Of a stretch of DNA of 64,000 nt, positions 58,901 through 64,000 are shown piece by piece. The notes beneath the pieces were generated by a model that saw nothing but the letters and a program-made list of their open reading frames with translations, made no database searches and was not told where the DNA came from. The stretch comes from Magallana gigas (taxonomy: Eukaryota). The position numbers were made by a program, and so were the translations under genes. How positions within the stretch are numbered: position 1 is the first letter of the stretch; each line of letters starts with the position of its first letter. The DNA lies in the NCBI RefSeq assembly GCF_963853765.1, contig NC_088860.1:38502001-38566000 (forward strand), read 5' to 3'.

Positions 58901-59966
58901 AATTTTGAGTCTTGTTCTCTTGTCCATTTTCAGCTTGGTCATGGGTCCTCAGAGAATGAAGGATGCTGCGTCTGTGTGCTCCAATGAAAACTTCTCCTCC
59001 GTACCAAACATAGCATCCATGGCAACCAGTGTCCTAACCAATCATCAAGGCTACTCAGATTCGGGTCTGGCTCCGCTTCAGTTGGAGGAAGATCTTCCAA
59101 TTCCAGACTTCAACCACCTGCCTTCCAGTCTGGAGGAAGATGACAACAACCATCACACCACCAATCCCCTGAGGTCAGCCATCTTCCAGACGATTCTCAA
59201 CAGCTATCCACAGCTCAGCAGGAAGATGCAGAGAAGCCATTACGTAGCTAAGAAGTTCCAGGAGGCCCCCAGCAACCGGTCAGACTGCCTGTACCAAGCC
59301 TCCAGGACCTCAAAGCTCTCGGATGACATCACTGTTGACAACCTGGTTTCTGATTTCATGGATGAGGAGTTTGACAGTGGATACCACAGCTTCAGTGACA
59401 ATGCCTCCATCAATTCCAGTGGCTCCATTTCTCCTAACTCTAGTGCCATGGACCAACTACAACAAAAGTTTCTTGAGGATTCCAGCATGAAAAACGAGTG
59501 TTCTAACTTCGATGATCTGTGTGTGTACGAGTCCATCATGGATAGTTGTTCAAAACCCTGTGACGTTTTAGAGGCCAGGAAGGTGTCGTCTGCTGTCATT
59601 GTGTCATCTGCCGTCAAGTTTAAGCACTCCAAACACCAGTGTCCTGTGTGCGGGAAGACCTACAGAGGAAACACCAACTTGAACTATCACATGGCTACCC
59701 ACACCGGTATCCGGCCTCACAAATGTTCCATCTGCGGCAAGGCCTTTACCCAGAAGTCCACTTTGCGCACACACTTCCGGATTCACACAGGCGAGAAACC
59801 GTACAAGTGCCGAACCTGCACTCGTGCATTTGCGGACTACTCCACCTGCATGAAGCATGAGCGGACCCACAGTGGGGAGAAGCCATACGCATGCCCAGAG
59901 TGTGGAAAGTGTTTCGCCCAATCCGGAAATATGCTCCGACATCGGCAGACTCACAGGAAAAACTGA
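55952..59966 (+). CDS. C2H2 zinc-finger transcription factor (4 C-terminal fingers), 2 coding exons, ~374 aa
   Basis: Exon 55952-56043 (donor AA|GTAAGT) splices in frame to 58934-59966. Four CxxC...HxxxH fingers with TGIRP/TGEKP/SGEKP linkers. A possible non-coding exon ends at a GTAAGT donor near 54819. Confidence 0.85.
56070..57130. repeat. 45-bp minisatellite, ~23 units, with a longer variant unit
   Basis: Unit gtgacgttcagttcagtattacatgtacaatgcattgagggctaa; variant taagagctaagtgaagcgat recurs every 3-4 units. Confidence 0.95.
58350..58600 (+). mobile_element. V-domain-like SINE remnant
   Basis: GAGTTTGATCCC B-box-like and GGGTTTTCTATGGGTACTCCAGCTCTTCCCAC resemble the V-SINE central motif; A-rich tail. 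Confidence 0.5.
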
Positions 59967-61160
59967 AATTCCACAAAAAGTGCTTATACTTTATAAAATA
60001 CATTCAAGAAAGTGCCAATATTTACATTCTGAATCCCTTGTGTTGTTTTTTATAGAGTTTTTTATTAAGGCATGAAATCAGTATTGTTCATTATTTCAAT
60101 GTATATGTATTGCATTATGTTTTATGTATTTTAAAATGTGGAATGTTCATGTAAATGTATATGGTACATTGTACTTGTAATTGTGTTTGACTGTTATGCA
60201 TTTTGTAAAAAAACGTCATTTCAAAATTTTCATTTATTAAAAAAATAAATGTTCTATTCATAGTACATTAATAGTTGTTGGTTGATTTTGTAAAACAGAA
60301 ACACTTTTTTTGAAACAACATTCAAGTAAAACGGATATCATAGTTTTTACAAAAGAAATTAAGACCTAATACATTTTCAATATCAATGAACATTTTAGAA
60401 GTAAAAATTATGAGAAATTTTGAGAAAAAAAATCCATTATTAGAATAAAACAAAAATTCATTTGAATGTGACATTTTTCCATACAGATCTACCCTCGGCC
60501 AAGAATTATACCTAGACCTTCTACAGGTTCACTGCACACTGACGGGTTCTTATACCATTGTACTTTTGTGCAGTCAATCTTCGAGTTATCCGCCCTTTAA
60601 TGTATAGTAATTTATTATGCGGTCTTCTAGGTTAATGTTTAAAAAAATTATAGGACTATATGTGATATGGGCCTTTAATGGCCCTATAAAATGAACATTA
60701 TCAATTTACAGTGTGTTAATCTTTGCTTCCTCTGTCAGATATACATTTGAAATATTTTCATAATTTTCATTTTGATTCATATGCCAACAATTTTGAAAAA
60801 AAAGAACATATAAAATTTTCTTTTCCAACTATATTTGCATTTTAGCGTAAAACGGCTTGTTTTCAAACAGTTTTGCTTTACTGAAGACATTGAGCGATTG
60901 CTTGAACAATAGCATTATCATATATAGTTCTTTGACAAAAAGAAACTTAATACATGATATCAACTGTGTATATGTTACCGTGGTAGGATCCGTATTTTTT
61001 TTTGGGGGGGGGGGGGGGTTCAATATATGTAAATGCTCTATGTTTCCAGAAGAGGGGGGGGGGGGGCGGCGCGTACGTTTTTCAAAATGTACATGGAAAA
61101 GTAACTTGAAATTATTTTGCAATAAGTAGTGGTACTCCCTTGATGTTTCTACCACTTCTG

Positions 61161-61322
61161 TTATATATAAGGAATAAGGTATCATTCTTTGAGTATTATG
61201 AGGTGATAATTTCGGTCGGGGCTTGATCAAATACAATAAAATCCGAAGGGCTTTATGATAGATTTGATCACGCCCCAACCGAAATAAGTACCTCATAATA
61301 TTCAAAAAAAGATTCCTCATTA
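61161..61322 (+). mobile_element. Hairpin element family H3
   Basis: TTATATA terminus followed by long imperfect arms (GAGTATTATGAGGTGATAATTTCGGTCGGGGCTTGATCAAAT and its inverse) with a CC-GAA-GG apex at 61243-61249. Confidence 0.7.
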
Positions 61323-62818
61323 TTTATATTTATATGATTTTAAGCCATTGTAAGATTAAATATTTAAATATTAATATGCAAACCCCGCTGGCTCCCCAAT
61401 TTAACATTATGGGTTATATAGTACAAAATCGATACGTAGTGTTATCACAGGCAAAGACACTGGAAAATGTAAATATATATGTTTATAATGTTTTTAGTGC
61501 GTTGTCAGCCAGCGGACACAAACTATATGTCTGTCGTGCATTACGGCAGATACCTGCATGTAAGCGGGTATGACTATTCTGTTGTGTTTGCAAATATTTG
61601 AAGACTCTTTACATGACGTGATATTTACATTGAGTGTATATTTCCCATTAGGATTGAATTGGAAATCTGCAACGTTTAATATTTCTTGTGAATACACATA
61701 GCCTATTCATTTCAATTCGAAAAATTTAAGTACATGCCGTTTTTTCTGATGTTGGAACCATTTTAACGAGAGCTTGGACTTTTGGTAATTCTGTCAAACA
61801 GCAATGTGACGTTGGCCTCTTTATTTCATTGCTGGCCACTCATTCATGGTTCTTTGAAATTAACAAGATTTTTCTGGCCCTTGAGCTAAGACTACGCAAT
61901 CGATGCATTTAACTTGTTATGACGCAAGGAATAGATAGCTACGCCCTACTGAAATTCCAAGGTCTTGTTAAAATTGTTCTAATAGCTCCAATATGTTTTC
62001 AAATTAATGTTAACGGTCTTTTTGTGGGTTCCGTCTTTTCAGACTAATGTCTTCTTCCTAATTCACAAATTATCTCAAAAGTTGTTTCTCTAAAATAGTT
62101 TCAAGTAAATACAATTTTTAAGCTGTTGACAAAAGATCCCGAGTATAAGTTTCAGAAATCCTCCCTTTTCAATTTTGTCTGATTATATAAATGATTTATG
62201 ATAAAGAGTTAGAACTTACTATCCTGTCATAAAGGGTGTTTACAACTAAGATGACGACCATTTGACTCTGAAAGGGGGGGGGGGGGTATTACCTACATGG
62301 ACATAGCATTTATTTCCATTCCTTCTTGGGTCTAAATTCTTATTTTTTTTAATGTTGAAAATAGACACTAACAGATAATATTCGGTGTCTTTTTTGTCAG
62401 ATTTTGTTGCTAGCTAAAGATTTATTTATTGAAATGTAACAAAACGGAAATAAAATACTAGCCCTTAAAAGAATAGCAAATCTAATTTGAAAGGACCTCG
62501 TTTTACGTACATTTGCCCAGTCTCAGTTTCTAGAGCTATGGCGATAATGTTTTTATCGAGTTCTATGGATTTAAATTCGACTATTAAAATGAGCATTGCT
62601 TTTATAACACACATATGATCGAATAATATTTCCGTTCATTTAAAATTGGGCTAAAGAAATAATTTGCTTGTGTAGATAAGTGATAGTTGGCCCATACGCT
62701 GAAAGTTACATGTATATCACAATATCTTGGTTTTATCAAACTAACAAATAAACACCTGTACGTTTTACTTTGATTAGCATCTAGAATTTATCAAAATTAA
62801 TAACATTAAATTGATTGT

Positions 62819-62822
<4 letters not shown>

Positions 62823-62885
<63 letters not shown>
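62823..62885. repeat. (CT)n microsatellite
   Basis: Pure CT run. Confidence 0.95.
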
Positions 62886-62888
<3 letters not shown>

Positions 62889-63501
62889 GCACTTTCAAAT
62901 GGAAACCATAATACGCATTTGATGTTTTGACAATGTGCCGTTATAAATACTTAGACTTGGACAATGGCTTCAATGACTGTCACCACAACCAGCTAACTGT
63001 TGTTTTAAGAATTTAAGGATTAAAGATTTTGGAATATTGTTTACAAAATAATAGCGGTGTGTGTAATCATGTGCATGTATTTCTAAAAGTATTGAACAGA
63101 ATAAAAAAAACTATAATTATAAATTAACATAATATCTATTTCCAATTCAATTCAATTTATTTCACTCAAACCGTCAACATGACGGTACATGAGGTACATA
63201 TATATATATATAAATATTTACAAGTGTAGGTATAGAGTCAGAGGCGCAAATTAGAGAAAAAAAATGAGAAAAAAGTACAAATGTTCAAGGAGGACAGACG
63301 GATTCAAAAATTTCATTTATAAATAAATAAATTTCCAAAGTGATATTGTTCATAAAATAGTGGGGGTGGGTTAATTAAGTTCACTTAATAAATTACGGTA
63401 TATCACATGTGCACAATAATCATAGTGCTTATAGTTGTTGTAAGACAATTGTTATTGCATTACATTTATGAGTCAACTTTATCAGATAGAACATACAACA
63501 C

Positions 63502-63838
63502 TATATAAATAGTGCCTGTTTGGGAGGGTAACAGTTGAAAATGACACCCCTCAATAACCATTGTTGACAATGGGTTTTAGGCGTTTCAATTTGAACTGTT
63601 ACTATCCCAAACAGGCACTATTCATTTTATTCTACTGAATGTCTTGATTAAAAAATTTTTTTTTTGATAGGAATGACTTGAATTTTACGGCGAACCCTAC
63701 GTGCTTAATTTACGCGCATGTAACAATTCGTTAAGTTACCCCTTGCGAAGTAAGTTGCTGAGGGTAACAGAACGGGTTATTAACTTCGTCTAAAGCAATC
63801 ACATTCAGTATTTTTAAAAAAAATGAAATTATAATAAT
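63502..63838 (+). mobile_element. Hairpin element family H1, copy C (apex deleted)
   Basis: Colinear with 31266-31629, but the arms join as ACCATTGT-TGACAATGG without the GCGAAGC loop. Confidence 0.85.
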
Positions 63839-64000
63839 TAAATAAAGATTGCCTCTACCAACCCCGCACGATGAGCTAAAATTCCTACTGTTATTGACAT
63901 CTACATCTATAAAACATTCACATTTTGGGCAATTCAGCAACATATGAGAATCATTTGATGGCACAAGGTAAAAGCTTGAATATGTATGATCGTATAAATT

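Noticed and set aside
58845-58933. TTG-initiated N-terminal extension of the zinc-finger ORF shown in the ORF track
   Set aside because: It is intronic polypyrimidine sequence before the AG at 58932-58933; the upstream exon 55952-56043 supplies an in-frame ATG.
61730-62170. Moderately GC-rich stretch that looks like decayed coding sequence on the minus strand
   Set aside because: Multiple stops in every frame and no recognisable motif; cannot be supported without a search.
5613-62290. Numerous poly-G/poly-C tracts (e.g. ~5613-5637, 8330-8373, 38603-38622, 61005-61066)
   Set aside because: Common homopolymer feature, often inside MITEs; no specific function can be supported.
1662-63964. Many 60-170-aa antisense or overlapping ORFs
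   Set aside because: They are shadows of real coding exons, translations of repeats, or AT-rich noise with no domain signatures.

Overview
AT-rich invertebrate genomic DNA, most likely a bivalve (oyster-like; inferred from the B-box/NHL gene type and the repeat families). It holds three intact spliced genes I could reconstruct exon by exon in frame: WDR11 (minus strand, 29 coding exons, 24190-45551, 1268 aa); a PLPP4/5-type lipid phosphate phosphatase (plus, 7 exons, 46281-52298, 270 aa) head-to-head with WDR11; and a 4-finger C2H2 gene (plus, 55952-59966). There is also an intronless-CDS TRIM-like B-box/coiled-coil/NHL gene whose first B-box is frameshifted. The 9.2-20.9 kb region is a nested mobile block. 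A TTAA-flanked shell with 20-bp perfect TIRs encloses BEL/Pao LTR-retrotransposon pieces, and a full-length, intact L1/Tx1-clade LINE (11-bp TSD, polyA) has jumped into the Pao pol. The main find is that ORF1 of this LINE carries a C-terminal NADAR (YbiA-like ADP-ribose/N-glycosidase) domain after its zinc knuckles. This suggests a retrotransposon-borne eraser of ADP-ribosylation; the function is inferred and novelty needs a database check. Other notable patterns: tandem arrays that copy real splice sites at many exon borders, three sequence-unrelated hairpin element families sharing one geometry, tRNA-derived modules inside MITEs, and a decayed WDR11 exon copy 38 kb from the gene. All coordinates were read by hand; no searches were run.
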